64,000 bases of DNA, from NCBI GenBank assembly GCA_937975235.1, contig CALJUZ010000001.1, positions 21,885-85,884 on the forward strand. Direction: 5' to 3'. The position numbers were made by a program, and so were the translations under genes. Within the stretch, counting starts at the first letter, position 1. The number at the start of each line of letters is the position of its first letter. The notes under the pieces are model-generated. The model worked only from the letters and a program-made list of their open reading frames with translations, did not search any database and had not been told where the DNA came from. This document shows, piece by piece, positions 18,090-29,398 of this stretch. Source of the DNA: an uncultured Bacillota bacterium. Lineage in GTDB: Bacteria; Bacillota; Limnochordia; Limnochordales; ZCTH02-B6.

Positions 18090-19469
18090 TCACCGCCGCC
18101 CCAGCTGCCGCCAGGCGGCCCAGCCGTTGAGCGCGGCCGTCAGCGCGTAGTCCACGTTCACCGCCCACAGCGTGCCGGCGATGCCGAGGCCGGGGTCGGC
18201 CGTCCAGTGGTACACCAGGACCATGCGCACCAAGGTGGTCAGCACGAAGGTGCCCAGCAGCCAGCTGGTGCGGCCCAGGGCGTGGAGCACCGAGGCGAAG
18301 ATGCCGCCGGCGAAGGCAAAGGGGGCCGCCAGCCCCGCAATGCGCACCAGCGGGGCGATTTCCGGGGCGCCGTAGAGGATTTTGGGAATGGCGGCCGGCG
18401 CGGCCAGGCACGCCGCCAGCGTCAGCAAGCCCACCGCGGCGCTGCCGCCCGCGGCTTTGAAAAACAGCCGCCGCGCCGCGGCCAGGCGGCCCGCGGCCGC
18501 GGCCTCGGCCACGGCCGGCGTCAGCACCGTGGCCACGGGAAAGACCACCAGCATGGGCATGTACAGCAGCGGCAGCACCATGCCGGTCAGCTGCCCGTAC
18601 AGCTCCGTGGCCGCGCCCAGCGAGTGCCCCGCGGCTATGAGCCGGCGGGGAATGAGGCCCACGTTGATCATTTGCGCGGCCGTGTTGACCAGCGTGGCCA
18701 GCCACAGCGGCAGGGCCACCGCCAGCAGCTCGCGGGCCGTGCGGATGTCGTCGACCACGACAAACACCGGTCCCGGGCGGCGTTGCCGCACCGGCCGCGG
18801 CCGGCCCGCGCCGTGCGGCGGACGGGAGGCCCGCTCCCAGGCCCACCAGCCCGACATGGCCATGGCGGTCAGCAGGCCCACCAGCTCGCCCGCGCCCAGG
18901 CCGATCACCAGGGCCGCGGCGGCGTGTTCGGCGCCACGGGCCGCCCACAGGGACAAGAGCCCGAACACGACGGGCACCCGCACCAGCTGTTCCATGACTT
19001 GTCCCGCGGCCGTCGATTTCATGTTTTGCCGGCCTTCCGCAAAGCCGCGGAAAATGCCGGTGAGGGCCGACGGGACGAAGGCCAGGGGCAGCAGCAGGAT
19101 GAGGCGCTCCGTCCGCGGGTCGGTCAGGAAACCTCGAGCCAGAAAGGGGGCCAAGGCCGCCACGGCCGCCGCGGTGGCAGCCGTCAGCACGGCGATCAGC
19201 ACCGCCGTCACGCGGCGGGCTTGGCGCACTTGATCGAAGTCGGACCGGGCCAGCCCGTCCGCGGTGAGGCGGGTCAGGGCCACCGGCAGCCTGAGGGTGG
19301 ACATGGCCGACGCGAGGCGGAACACCGGCATGACCATCTGAAACAGCCCCAGCGCCTCGGGGCCCGCCCAGCGCACGACGACGATGCGGTATACGACGCC
19401 CATGGCCCGCGTCACGGCCCCGGCGCCCATGAGCAGCAGCGCGCCTTGCAGCAGCGGACGCCTGCGCAA
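18090..19469 (-). CDS. MOP-superfamily flippase (SpoVB/MurJ-like polysaccharide biosynthesis protein)
   Basis: 459-aa polytopic membrane ORF with the typical N-terminus LLQGALLLMGAGAVTRAMGVVYRIVVVRWAGPEALGLFQM. TTG start with GGGAGG 8 nt upstream. Confidence 0.75.
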   Translation of the reverse strand: MRRRPLLQGALLLMGAGAVTRAMGVVYRIVVVRWAGPEALGLFQMVMPVFRLASAMSTLRLPVALTRLTADGLARSDFDQVRQARRVTAVLIAVLTAATAAAVAALAPFLARGFLTDPRTERLILLLPLAFVPSALTGIFRGFAEGRQNMKSTAAGQVMEQLVRVPVVFGLLSLWAARGAEHAAAALVIGLGAGELVGLLTAMAMSGWWAWERASRPPHGAGRPRPVRQRRPGPVFVVVDDIRTARELLAVALPLWLATLVNTAAQMINVGLIPRRLIAAGHSLGAATELYGQLTGMVLPLLYMPMLVVFPVATVLTPAVAEAAAAGRLAAARRLFFKAAGGSAAVGLLTLAACLAAPAAIPKILYGAPEIAPLVRIAGLAAPFAFAGGIFASVLHALGRTSWLLGTFVLTTLVRMVLVYHWTADPGLGIAGTLWAVNVDYALTAALNGWAAWRQLGRR

Positions 19470-19632
19470 TGCTTCCGCCTCCCGCGGCGTTCGTCTTCAT
19501 ACGATTACGGGACAACCGCGGCGGCTAGAACCGCCGGGAAGGACCGGGGGCGCCCGCAAGGATTTCACCGGTTTCGGGGGAAGGAAACAAGAACGGCACA
19601 CGCGGGCGGCGCCCGCGACGGGAGGTACCGGA

Positions 19633-20664
19633 TTGGACTGGACATCGATTCCCAAAGTTGAGCTGCATCTTCATCTCGACGGCTCGGTGCGGCCGGGCAC
19701 GCTGTGGGAGCTGCTGGAGGAGCGGCGCCGGCGGCCCGGCGGGGACCACGGGCTGGCGCCTTTCGCCGCGCTGCGGAGCGCGGCAGACGTGCGGCGGTGG
19801 ATGGAGGTGGGCGACCAAGCCCGGACGCTGGCCGAGTATTTGTCCCGCTTCGAGCTGCCTTTGGCCGTCATGCAGGATCCCGAATCCATGGAGCGCATCG
19901 CCTACGAGCTGGTGGAGGACGCGGCCCGGGAAAACGTGCGCTACATGGAGGTTCGTTTCGCGCCGATTTTGCACACCCGCGAAGGCATGACGATGCGGCA
20001 GGCCGCCGAGGCCGCGGCCGCGGGCCTGCAGTGGGGCGGGCGGGAGTTCGGCGTCGGCGTCGGCGTCATCGCCTGCTGCATGCGCCATGTGGACCCCGCG
20101 GACAACGTGGCCATGGTCCGGGAAATGGAGCCGCTGCTGGGCCGGGGTGTCGTGGCGGTGGATCTGGCCGGCGACGAAGCGGCCTTTCCGGGCCGTTTGC
20201 ACCGGGAAGCTTTCGACCTGGCCCGGGCGATGGGCTTCAACGTCATCATCCACGCGGGCGAAGCCAGCGGCGCCGAGGAGATTCGCTACGCGCTGGAAAC
20301 GCTGGGCGCCCGGCGCATCGGGCACGGCGTGGCTCTAGAGCAGGACCCGGAGCTGATGCGCTTCGTGGTGGAGGAGGGCATCCCGCTGGAGATGTGCCCC
20401 AGCAGCAACGTGCAGACCAAGGCCGTGGCCGGCCTGGAGCGGCACCCGCTGCGGCGCTACTTCGATGCCGGCGTGCGGGTCACCGTCAACACCGACAACC
20501 GGACGGTGTCGGCCGTCACCCTGGCCGATGAGTACGAGCGCATCGTGGAGGCGCTGGGTTTCACCGCAGACGACGTGCGGACCATGATTCGCTACGCGGC
20601 CGAGGCCGCTTTCCTGCCCGGCGAGGAGAAGGCCCGGCTGATCGCGGAGGTGTCGGCGGGCTAA
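19633..20664 (+). CDS. add: Adenosine deaminase
   Basis: The track ORF is 19384..20664. Motifs: PKVELHLHLDGS, HAGE, TVNTDN. TTG 19633 sits 6 nt after GGAGGT and gives 343 aa, a typical length. Confidence 0.9.
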   Translation: MDWTSIPKVELHLHLDGSVRPGTLWELLEERRRRPGGDHGLAPFAALRSAADVRRWMEVGDQARTLAEYLSRFELPLAVMQDPESMERIAYELVEDAARENVRYMEVRFAPILHTREGMTMRQAAEAAAAGLQWGGREFGVGVGVIACCMRHVDPADNVAMVREMEPLLGRGVVAVDLAGDEAAFPGRLHREAFDLARAMGFNVIIHAGEASGAEEIRYALETLGARRIGHGVALEQDPELMRFVVEEGIPLEMCPSSNVQTKAVAGLERHPLRRYFDAGVRVTVNTDNRTVSAVTLADEYERIVEALGFTADDVRTMIRYAAEAAFLPGEEKARLIAEVSAG

Positions 20665-20667
20665 GCG

Positions 20668-20711
20668 GCCGGCCCGGCGGACGCCCAAGTCCCGGCGCCC
20701 GCCGGGCCGGC
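20668..20711. terminator. GC hairpin between convergent add and trpS (possible factor-dependent or bidirectional terminator)
   Basis: GCCGGCCCGGCGG-18 nt-CCGCCGGGCCGGC, a 13-bp perfect stem. No U-tract on either side. Confidence 0.35.
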
Positions 20712-20721
20712 GAAGCCGAGG

Positions 20722-21705
20722 TCAGCCCAAAACGAGGCCCGTCTTCTCCCGCACCTCGGCCATGACTTCCCGGGCAATCGCGCGGGCCCGCTCCGCGCCG
20801 TCCCGCAGCATGTCCCGCAGGGTGTCCAGGTCCGCCAGCAGCGCGGCCCGGCGCTCGCGGATGGGCGCCAGCGCCTTCACGATGTCCTCGGCCAGCTGCT
20901 GCTTCAAGTCCACGTAGCGCAGCGTGCCGTCCTCGTAGGCGGCGCGGAAGCCGGCCACCACGTCGGGCGCGGAGAACTCCTGCAACAGCGTGAACAAGTT
21001 GGCCACGCCGGGGCTCATGGCGTCGCCCGCGGGCCCCGTGTCCGTCACGGCCCGCCGCACCAGCGCGCGGATTTCGTCCGGTTCCGCGTGCAGGGCGATG
21101 TAGCTGCCGGGCACGCTCTTGGACATTTTGCTGGTGGGGTCGTTCAGCGCCATGACCCGGGCCGCGTGTTCCGGCAGCAGCGTCTTGGGCTCCGGGAACG
21201 TCTCGCCGAACAAGTGGTTGAACTTGCGGGCCAGGTCCCGGGTCAGCTCCAGGTGCTGGGTCTGGTCTTCGCCCACCGGCACCATCTCCGCCTTGTAGAG
21301 CAAAATGTCCGCGGCCTGCAAGATCGGGTAGTTCAGCAGGCCCGCGTTGACGTTTTCCTTGTGCTGGCGGGCTTTGTCCTTGAACTGGGTCATGCGCTCC
21401 AGCTGGCCCAGCGGCGTGATGGTGTTGAGAATCCAGCACAGCTCCGTATGCTCGCGCACGTGGGACTGCACGTACAAAATGCTCCGCTCCGGATCGATGC
21501 CGCAGGCGATGAGGGTGGCCGCCTTGTCCAAAACCTCGCGGGGCATCGCCTTGGCGTCGTAAGGAATGGTCATCGCGTGCAAATCAACGATGGAAAAAAT
21601 GCATTCGTGCTCGTCCTGCAGCTTCACCCAGTTGCGCACCGCGCCCAAGTAGTTGCCGATGTGGATGTCGCCCGTGGGTTGAATGCCGGAAAACACTCGT
21701 GCCAT
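20722..21705 (-). CDS. trpS: Tryptophan--tRNA ligase
   Basis: 327 aa. Class I signatures: GIQPTGDIHIGNYLG (HIGH region) and KMSKS. ATG start with a GGAG RBS. Confidence 0.95.
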   Translation of the reverse strand: MARVFSGIQPTGDIHIGNYLGAVRNWVKLQDEHECIFSIVDLHAMTIPYDAKAMPREVLDKAATLIACGIDPERSILYVQSHVREHTELCWILNTITPLGQLERMTQFKDKARQHKENVNAGLLNYPILQAADILLYKAEMVPVGEDQTQHLELTRDLARKFNHLFGETFPEPKTLLPEHAARVMALNDPTSKMSKSVPGSYIALHAEPDEIRALVRRAVTDTGPAGDAMSPGVANLFTLLQEFSAPDVVAGFRAAYEDGTLRYVDLKQQLAEDIVKALAPIRERRAALLADLDTLRDMLRDGAERARAIAREVMAEVREKTGLVLG

Positions 21706-21737
21706 GTGATCCGCTCCATTCCTTTTCTTACCGAATC

Positions 21738-21746
21738 AATATACCA
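21738..21746 (-). promoter_or_regulatory. Candidate extended -10 promoter (TGgTATATT) for trpS
   Basis: The minus strand reads TGGTATATT about 33 nt upstream of the trpS ATG. Confidence 0.45.
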
Positions 21747-21848
21747 CAGCCGGGCGCCTTTCGGCATCCTGCACGGAGGAAAAGCGCCGGTGGCGGGGAA
21801 TCTTCTTCAGGGCCGCGCCCTGCGCGGCACTTGCACACTTTTCCCGGA

Positions 21849-22592
21849 GTGATTGGCTTGGCCTTGATCGCGATTTTGTCGGACTTTGGGCAGACGGAGT
21901 ACGTGGGGATTTTGCGGGGCGTCATTCAGCGGCTCGCGCCCGGAACGACGGTCACCGACCTCTACAACGAGGTGCGGCCGCAGTCCATCCGCGAAGGCGC
22001 CTGGGTGCTGTATACGGCCTACCGGTATTTCCCGGAGGACACCATCTTCCTGTGCGTCGTGGACCCGGGCGTGGGGTCCGACCGGCAGGCTTTGGCCATC
22101 CGCACCCGCCGCTACTTTTTCGTCGGGCCCGACAACGGTTTGCTGTTTCCGGCCGTCACCGAGGACGGCCTGAAAGAAGCGGTGCAGCTGCCCATCCCGC
22201 CCGACGCCGCGCCCACGTTCCACGCCCGGGACGTGTTCGCGCCCGCCGCGGCCCGGCTGGCCGCGGGCACGCCCATGAACGAGCTGGGGCCGTCGGCGGA
22301 GATCAAGGCCCGGCTGCGTTTCCACAAGAAGGGGCGCGAAGGCGAAATCGTGCGGGTGGACCGCTTCGGCAACATCATCACCAACTTGCCTCACATCGGA
22401 AAAGACAGCTACCACGTCATCGTCGAAGGCTACCGGCGCACGCTGCCCTTCGTGCGGACGTACGCGGAGGCGCCGCGAGGGCGCCTGTTCGTCACCGAAG
22501 GCTCCGCGGGCACGCTGGAGATTTCGCTGCGCAACCGCAGCGCCTGGTCGGTCATGGACGTGCCGCTGGGCTCCAAAATCACCATCGAATGA
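21849..22592 (+). CDS. SAM hydrolase / SAM-dependent halogenase family protein (DUF62, S-adenosyl-L-methionine hydroxide adenosyltransferase-like)
   Basis: The track ORF is 21699..22592, and the 5' part overlaps the trpS promoter region. From GTG 21849 the sequence reads ILSDFGQTEYVGILRGVI...FLCVVDPGVGSDR...FVGPDNGLL...PTFHARDVFAPAAARLA...VDRFGNIITN. Confidence 0.8.
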   Translation: MIGLALIAILSDFGQTEYVGILRGVIQRLAPGTTVTDLYNEVRPQSIREGAWVLYTAYRYFPEDTIFLCVVDPGVGSDRQALAIRTRRYFFVGPDNGLLFPAVTEDGLKEAVQLPIPPDAAPTFHARDVFAPAAARLAAGTPMNELGPSAEIKARLRFHKKGREGEIVRVDRFGNIITNLPHIGKDSYHVIVEGYRRTLPFVRTYAEAPRGRLFVTEGSAGTLEISLRNRSAWSVMDVPLGSKITIE

Positions 22593-22773
22593 CCCGCGGC
22601 CCGGCTCCTTGGCTGCCCCCGGTGCCGGCCATGAAATCACGGCTTCCCATGAGGAGAATCTTGTACAATAGGGGTGGAGAGCCGCCGCCGGCGCGCCCGG
22701 CGCGTCGCGGCGTGCGTATGATGGAGCCGGACGACACTTGCTTGGAAGGGCGGACGGATCGTTGAAGAAGCGA

Positions 22774-23802
22774 ATGAAGGCGCTGATCAAGCCCGAAGCC
22801 GGCCCCGGACTGAAACTGGCGGAGGTGGACGTGCCCGAGCCCGGCCGCGGCCAGTGCCTTGTCAAGGTGGAAGCGGCGTCCATTTGCGGCACGGACCTGC
22901 ATATTTACCAGTGGGACCCGTGGGCCGCCTCCCGGCTGAAACCGCCCCTTATCGTCGGCCACGAGTTCGCCGGCCGCGTCGTCGCGGTGGGCGAGGACGT
23001 CACCAGCGTCGCCGTGGGCGACTACGTGGCGGGCGAAGGCCATCTGTTTTGCGGCGAATGCTACTACTGCCGCACCGGCAGCGCCCACATCTGCGAGCGC
23101 GGCCAAATCATCGGCGTCGACACCGACGGCTGCTTCGCCGAGTACATCCGCATGCCCGCGGTGAACTTGTGGAAGCTGGACGAGGACGTGCCGCCGGAGG
23201 TCGGCGCCATTCATGATCCTTTGGGCAACGCGGTGCACACCGTCATGGCCGCGGGCGTGTCGGGCCGGCGGGTGGCCGTGGTGGGCTGCGGGCCCATCGG
23301 CCTGGTGGCCATCGCGGTGGCCCGGCGGGCGGGCGCGTCGGCGGTGTTCGCCATCGACCCCAATCCGTACCGGCGCGAGCTGGCCCGGCGCATGGGCGCG
23401 GACGCGGTGCTGGCGGCCGGACCCGGGGAGGACCCGGCGTCGCGGGTGCGGGAGCTGACGCAGGGCCGCGGCGCGGACGTGGTGCTGGAGATGTCGGGCC
23501 ATCCCGCCGGCATCGACAGCGGGCTGGACATGCTGCGCAAGGGCGGGCGCATGGTGCTCCTGGGGCTGCCGCCGAACCCGGTGACGCTGGATTTGACCGA
23601 AAAAGTCATCTTCAAAGAAGCGACCCTCATCGGGGTCAACGGCCGGCGGCTGTTCGAGACGTGGTACCAGACGGCGGAGCTTTTGCGCACCGGCCTGGAC
23701 GTGACGCCGGTCATCACCCACGAGTTTAAGATGGAAGATTTCGAGCAGGCCTTTGCCGCTTTGATGGAAGGGCGCTGCGGCAAAATCGTGCTGAAGCCCT
23801 GA
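22774..23802 (+). CDS. tdh: L-threonine 3-dehydrogenase (zinc alcohol dehydrogenase family)
   Basis: The track ORF is 22738..23802. From ATG 22774: [23 protein letters not shown]...[14 protein letters not shown]...GHEFAG...[10 protein letters not shown]. This gives 342 aa, as for known Tdh. Confidence 0.9.
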   Translation: MKALIKPEAGPGLKLAEVDVPEPGRGQCLVKVEAASICGTDLHIYQWDPWAASRLKPPLIVGHEFAGRVVAVGEDVTSVAVGDYVAGEGHLFCGECYYCRTGSAHICERGQIIGVDTDGCFAEYIRMPAVNLWKLDEDVPPEVGAIHDPLGNAVHTVMAAGVSGRRVAVVGCGPIGLVAIAVARRAGASAVFAIDPNPYRRELARRMGADAVLAAGPGEDPASRVRELTQGRGADVVLEMSGHPAGIDSGLDMLRKGGRMVLLGLPPNPVTLDLTEKVIFKEATLIGVNGRRLFETWYQTAELLRTGLDVTPVITHEFKMEDFEQAFAALMEGRCGKIVLKP

Positions 23803-23863
23803 AGCCCGCGGCCGCCGGGCCGCGGAAATCCGACTGTGCAGGGAAGCGAAGGAGAGGGCAGCC

Positions 23864-25054
<1,191 letters not shown>

Positions 25055-25088
25055 CGTCCCGGGTCCCCTCCCGCGGACCGGGCAAGAG

Positions 25089-25097
25089 TGCTATACT
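25089..25097 (+). promoter_or_regulatory. Candidate extended -10 promoter (TGcTATACT)
   Basis: TGCTATACT lies 35 nt after the kbl stop and ~37 nt upstream of the ATG at 25134. Confidence 0.4.
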
Positions 25098-25133
25098 GGG
25101 ACAAGTGAGTGGGTTGCTGGGAGGGACCGCAGC

Positions 25134-25958
25134 ATGCGTTTTGTCGTCAATGACGGATACCTGTACGTGTACGCGGACGTGGACCAACTGGCCGAAGGCG
25201 TCCGCGTGGAAGACGACGGCCGGCGGGAAGTGCAGGTGCTGGCCGTGCCCATCGAGTACGGCACCAACAACGAACATATCGTGGAGCCTATGGCCCAGGG
25301 CATCGCCTCGGTGCTGGAGGCGGGCTGGCAGACGAAAAGCGCCAAGGTGCGGGACGTCATCGCCGTCACCGAGCACCCGGGCGGCGCGTACAGCTGGCTG
25401 TCGACGCTGCGCACCGGCGCGTGCGAAGGCAGCAACATCCTGGACGCGACCTTGGACATGGGCGTTCACTTCATCATGAACCACGAGGATCAGGAGCGCC
25501 ACCTGGGGGCGCGGGAATACCAGGCCATCTCGCCCGAGGACGGCTTCGTTTTGGAAGTGTGCCAGACCATGCTGGAGCAGGTGTCGGTGCCGCCGCTGTT
25601 TGCCGACAGCGACCTGCTGGAGGAAGACGAGCCGTACGACGACGACTACGACGAACGGCCCACGTGGCAAGACTACGAGAAGCGCTATCAGCTGACGACG
25701 GAGCAGCTGATGCACCGGCTGGCTTTGGGCGAAGAGGTGGCCGCGACCCGCTCCGAGTGGGAGGAACGGGCCGACTGGCTCTGGTCGTACGACGAGTACT
25801 TGCGGGAGCAGTGGCGCCGCACGGTGGTGGACCATATGACGGCGGAGCTCGCGAAGCTGAGGAAGCGCCTGGAGAACCTGGACGTGGAGCGGCAGCGCAT
25901 CAGCGACGCCATCGCCCGGCTGGAGGAGCAGGGCGCGCGCTTCGCCGAGGAAAACTGA
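25134..25958 (+). CDS. Hypothetical acidic protein (274 aa) with a predicted C-terminal coiled coil
   Basis: The track ORF is 24897..25958, and its 5' part overlaps kbl. ATG 25134 has GGGAGGG 8 nt upstream. Composition is real-protein-like (MRFVVNDGYLYVYADVDQL...). It has its own candidate promoter and terminator. I recognise no family motif. Confidence 0.65.
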   Translation: MRFVVNDGYLYVYADVDQLAEGVRVEDDGRREVQVLAVPIEYGTNNEHIVEPMAQGIASVLEAGWQTKSAKVRDVIAVTEHPGGAYSWLSTLRTGACEGSNILDATLDMGVHFIMNHEDQERHLGAREYQAISPEDGFVLEVCQTMLEQVSVPPLFADSDLLEEDEPYDDDYDERPTWQDYEKRYQLTTEQLMHRLALGEEVAATRSEWEERADWLWSYDEYLREQWRRTVVDHMTAELAKLRKRLENLDVERQRISDAIARLEEQGARFAEEN

Positions 25959-25963
25959 CGCCG

Positions 25964-25994
25964 AGGGCCCTTCGGGGCCCTTTGTGATTTTCTT
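25964..25994 (+). terminator. Rho-independent terminator
   Basis: AGGGCCC-ttcg-GGGCCCT followed by TTGTGATTTTCTTT. Confidence 0.7.
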
Positions 25995-26022
25995 TACAAC
26001 CGCGCGCGGCGTGTGTTATGAT
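25994..26022 (+). promoter_or_regulatory. Candidate sigma-A-type promoter of the nuo operon
   Basis: -35 TTACAA (25994-25999), 17-nt spacer, -10 TATGAT (26017-26022) preceded by TGt. About 85 nt of leader precede the nuoA GTG. Confidence 0.5.
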
Positions 26023-26110
26023 CGAGGGGACCCAATCGTCACGCGAGCTTTCGGTGTGAAAGCGGTTGTGACCAGATTCACAAATTCTCCGGCAGGGTGG
26101 TGTTACGGCC

Positions 26111-26457
26111 GTGCACCCGTACGCGCCGCTTCTGATTTTCATCGGCCTGGCGCTGCTCATTCCCGTCGCCATCTCCGTCCTTTACTCGCTGGTCAGTTCC
26201 CGACGTCCCGACCCTGTGAAGAGCACCCCCTACGAGAGCGGCTATCCGACGCCTCCCATCGAGGGCCGGTTCCCGGCCAAGTTTTACTTTATCGCCATGC
26301 TCTTCGTCATCTTTGACGTGGAAGCAGCCGCCATGTACTCCTGGGCGGTGCTGTTGAGGGAGCTGGGCGCCTACGGATTGGCCGCCATGGCTCTCTTTTT
26401 GATTGTGTTCATTCTGGGCGACTTGTATGTGTGGAAAAAGGGAGGCTTCGACTGGAC

Positions 26458-26461
<4 letters not shown>
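26111..26461 (+). CDS. nuoA: NADH-quinone oxidoreductase subunit A
   Basis: 116 aa with three TM segments. Motif PYESGY...[22 protein letters not shown] start. Confidence 0.9.
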
Positions 26462-26939
<478 letters not shown>

Positions 26940-26943
<4 letters not shown>

Positions 26944-27560
26944 GCCCGAAGGAGCTGTACGCCCGGCCGTACACCGGCGGCGCGGAAGCCCAGGAGGAGA
27001 TGCGCCGCACGCTGATCCCCGAGCTCCTGCGAGAGTTTCCGGACTCGGTGCGGGAGCTGGAGACGCCCTTTGACATCGCGCAGCTCGAGGTTCAGCCCGA
27101 GGCGCTGCGCGCGGTGGCCGTGCGCCTGAAGGAGCGCGGCTTCAACGTCTTGATGGACGTGGGCGGCGTCGACTACTTGCCGCGCACGCCGCGGTTTGAA
27201 GTCGTCTACCATTTCGTGGCCATTCCCGGCCTGTGGCGGCTGCGGCTGCGGGTGCCCGTGGAGGAAAGCGCTCCCGAAGTGCCGACGCTGTGCGATCTGT
27301 GGCCGTCGGCCGAGCACGCGGAGCGGGAAGTGTGGGACCTGTTCGGCATCCGCTTCACGGACCACCCGAATTTGACCCGCATTCTGCTTCCGGACAACTG
27401 GGTGGGCCATCCGCTGCGCAAGGACTATCCGCTGCAGGGCGAGCGGGCCAAGCACATGGGCCCCTTCTCGGTGCGCAACCGGTACCACGCGCCGAAGCGG
27501 CCGGGCGACCCGCCGGGCACGTGCGGCTTGCCGCGGGCCGATTTGGGAGGCGGGGATTGA
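26940..27560 (+). CDS. nuoC: NADH-quinone oxidoreductase subunit C
   Basis: GTGA overlap with the nuoB stop. Motif [43 protein letters not shown]. 206 aa. Confidence 0.9.
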
Positions 27561-27561
27561 C

Positions 27562-28791
27562 GTGTCTCGCATCGTGCAGTCGGGTCAGTATCAGCTGAAC
27601 GTCGATGACTTGAAGATCGCCGGCAGCGGCGACCGCATGACCCTCAGCATCGGCCCGCACCACCCGAGCACCCACGGCGTGCTGCGGGTCATTCTCGAGA
27701 TTGAGGGCGAGCGCATCATCAAAGCCACGCCCGAAGTGGGTTTTCTGCACACCGGCATCGAGAAAAACGCGGAGCACCTGACGTGGACCCAGGCCATCAC
27801 GGTGCTGGACCGGATGGACTACCTGGCGCCGCTTTCCAACAACCTGGGCTACGTGCTGGCGGTGGAGAAGCTGCTGGGCATCGAGCCGCCGCCGCGGGGC
27901 CGCACCATCCGCATTTTGCTCACCGAGCTGCAGCGCATCGCGTCGCACGCCATCTGGCTGGGCACCACCGCGCTGGACATCGGCTCGCAGAGCGTGCTCA
28001 TGTACGCGTTTCACATTCGCGAACTCATTCTGGACTTGTTTGAAGAAGCGTCCGGCGCCCGCATGAACCCCAGCTACTTCCGGGTCGGCGGCCTGGCCGA
28101 GGACGTGCCGGAAGGGTTCGAGGAAAAGGTCCGGGCGTTCCTGGACGAGATGCCCGAGCGGCTGAAAGAGATTCGCACCATCCTTGACAAGAACCCTATC
28201 TGGCTGGACCGGCTGAAGGGCGTGGGCGTCATCGACGCGGACCGGGCTCTGGCCCTGGGCGTGACGGGGCCCAACCTGCGCGCGTCCGGCGTGCCCTACG
28301 ACGTGCGCAAGGCGTACCCGTACGCGGGCTACGACGAGTACGAGTTCGACGTGCCGGTGGGCGAGAACGGCGACAGCTACGACCGCTACCTGGTGCGGGT
28401 GCTGGAGATGATGGAGTCGCACCGCATCTGCCGCCAGGCGCTGGAGCGGCTGGAGCCCGGCCCGGTCAACGTCGACGACCGCAAAATCGTGCGGCCGCCC
28501 AAAGAAGAGCTGCGGCACAGCATGGAGGCCCTCATTCACCACTTCAAGCTGGTGTCGTACGGCTTCGACGTGCCGGCGGGCGAAGTGTACCAGGCGCTGG
28601 AGAGCCCCCGGGGCGAGATCGGGTTCTACGTCGTTTCCAACGGCAAGAACAAGCCGTGGCGAGTCCGCGTGCGCGGGCCGGCCTTCTACCACGTGTTCGC
28701 CCTGCCGGCCATGATGGAAGGGGCGCTTTTGGCGGACATGGTGGCGGTCATCGCCAGCGCGGACCCCGTGTTCGGGGAGGTGGACCGATGA
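27562..28791 (+). CDS. nuoD: NADH-quinone oxidoreductase subunit D
   Basis: 409 aa. Motifs: GPHHPSTHGVLRVILEIEGE and the C-terminal DPVFGEVDR. GTG start after GGGAGG. Confidence 0.93.
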   Translation: MSRIVQSGQYQLNVDDLKIAGSGDRMTLSIGPHHPSTHGVLRVILEIEGERIIKATPEVGFLHTGIEKNAEHLTWTQAITVLDRMDYLAPLSNNLGYVLAVEKLLGIEPPPRGRTIRILLTELQRIASHAIWLGTTALDIGSQSVLMYAFHIRELILDLFEEASGARMNPSYFRVGGLAEDVPEGFEEKVRAFLDEMPERLKEIRTILDKNPIWLDRLKGVGVIDADRALALGVTGPNLRASGVPYDVRKAYPYAGYDEYEFDVPVGENGDSYDRYLVRVLEMMESHRICRQALERLEPGPVNVDDRKIVRPPKEELRHSMEALIHHFKLVSYGFDVPAGEVYQALESPRGEIGFYVVSNGKNKPWRVRVRGPAFYHVFALPAMMEGALLADMVAVIASADPVFGEVDR

Positions 28792-29396
28792 GCGCCGAAA
28801 ACGGACGGGCCGGCGCGGAGCGCGCCATGGAGAACGGCGCCGCGCAGGCGGCGCCGTGGTGGGAGCGCCGGGCCGAAGACGTGGAGCGGCTGATCGGCAA
28901 GTACCCCAACTCCCGGTCGGCCATCATGGGGCTGTTCTGGATGGCCCAGGAAGAGCGCGGGTACGTGTCCGACGAGGATCTGAACTGGATTGCCGACAAG
29001 CTGGGCTTGACGCGAGGGTACGTCGATTCCACCATCACGTTCTACTCGCTCTACCATCTGCAGCCCGTGGGCAAGTACACCATCATCGTGTGCAACAACG
29101 TCATCTGCGGGCTGAAAGGTTCCGAAGGGTTGGTTCAGGAGCTGGAGCGGCTGCTGGACGTGAAGGTGGGCGGCACCAGCGCGGACGGCCTGTTTACGCT
29201 GCAGACGACGGGCGAGTGCATCGCGGCCTGCGACGGCGCGCCGGCGCTGCAGATCAACCAGGAGTACTTCCACAAAGTGACGCCCGAGCGGGCCAAGCTC
29301 ATCATCGAGCGGCTGCGGGAAGGGGCCGAGCTGGAAGCGTTGTCGGAGGAAATCGGCCTGACCAAACCGGGCGCCGTCTGGGAAGAGGGTGACTGA
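28788..29396 (+). CDS. nuoE: NADH-quinone oxidoreductase subunit E
   Basis: ATGA overlap with the nuoD stop. 2Fe-2S thioredoxin-like pattern: VCNNVICGL...ECIAACDGAP. Confidence 0.9.
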   Translation: MSAENGRAGAERAMENGAAQAAPWWERRAEDVERLIGKYPNSRSAIMGLFWMAQEERGYVSDEDLNWIADKLGLTRGYVDSTITFYSLYHLQPVGKYTIIVCNNVICGLKGSEGLVQELERLLDVKVGGTSADGLFTLQTTGECIAACDGAPALQINQEYFHKVTPERAKLIIERLREGAELEALSEEIGLTKPGAVWEEGD

Positions 29397-29398
29397 AG

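Noticed and set aside
21706-21848. Expected a T-box leader upstream of trpS, as in many Firmicutes.
   Set aside because: Only 143 bp are available before the divergent DUF62 gene. No T-box sequence (GGTGGTACCGCG-like), no specifier stem and no terminator is present. A promoter-like TGgTATATT sits just ~33 nt from the ATG.
22676-22773. Possible glycine or other riboswitch in the ~100-nt leader of tdh-kbl (it contains GGAGAG).
   Set aside because: It lacks the conserved glycine-riboswitch core (CACCGAAGGGGCAA, CTCTGGAGAG pairing) and any terminator/antiterminator pair. The GGAGAG alone is not diagnostic.
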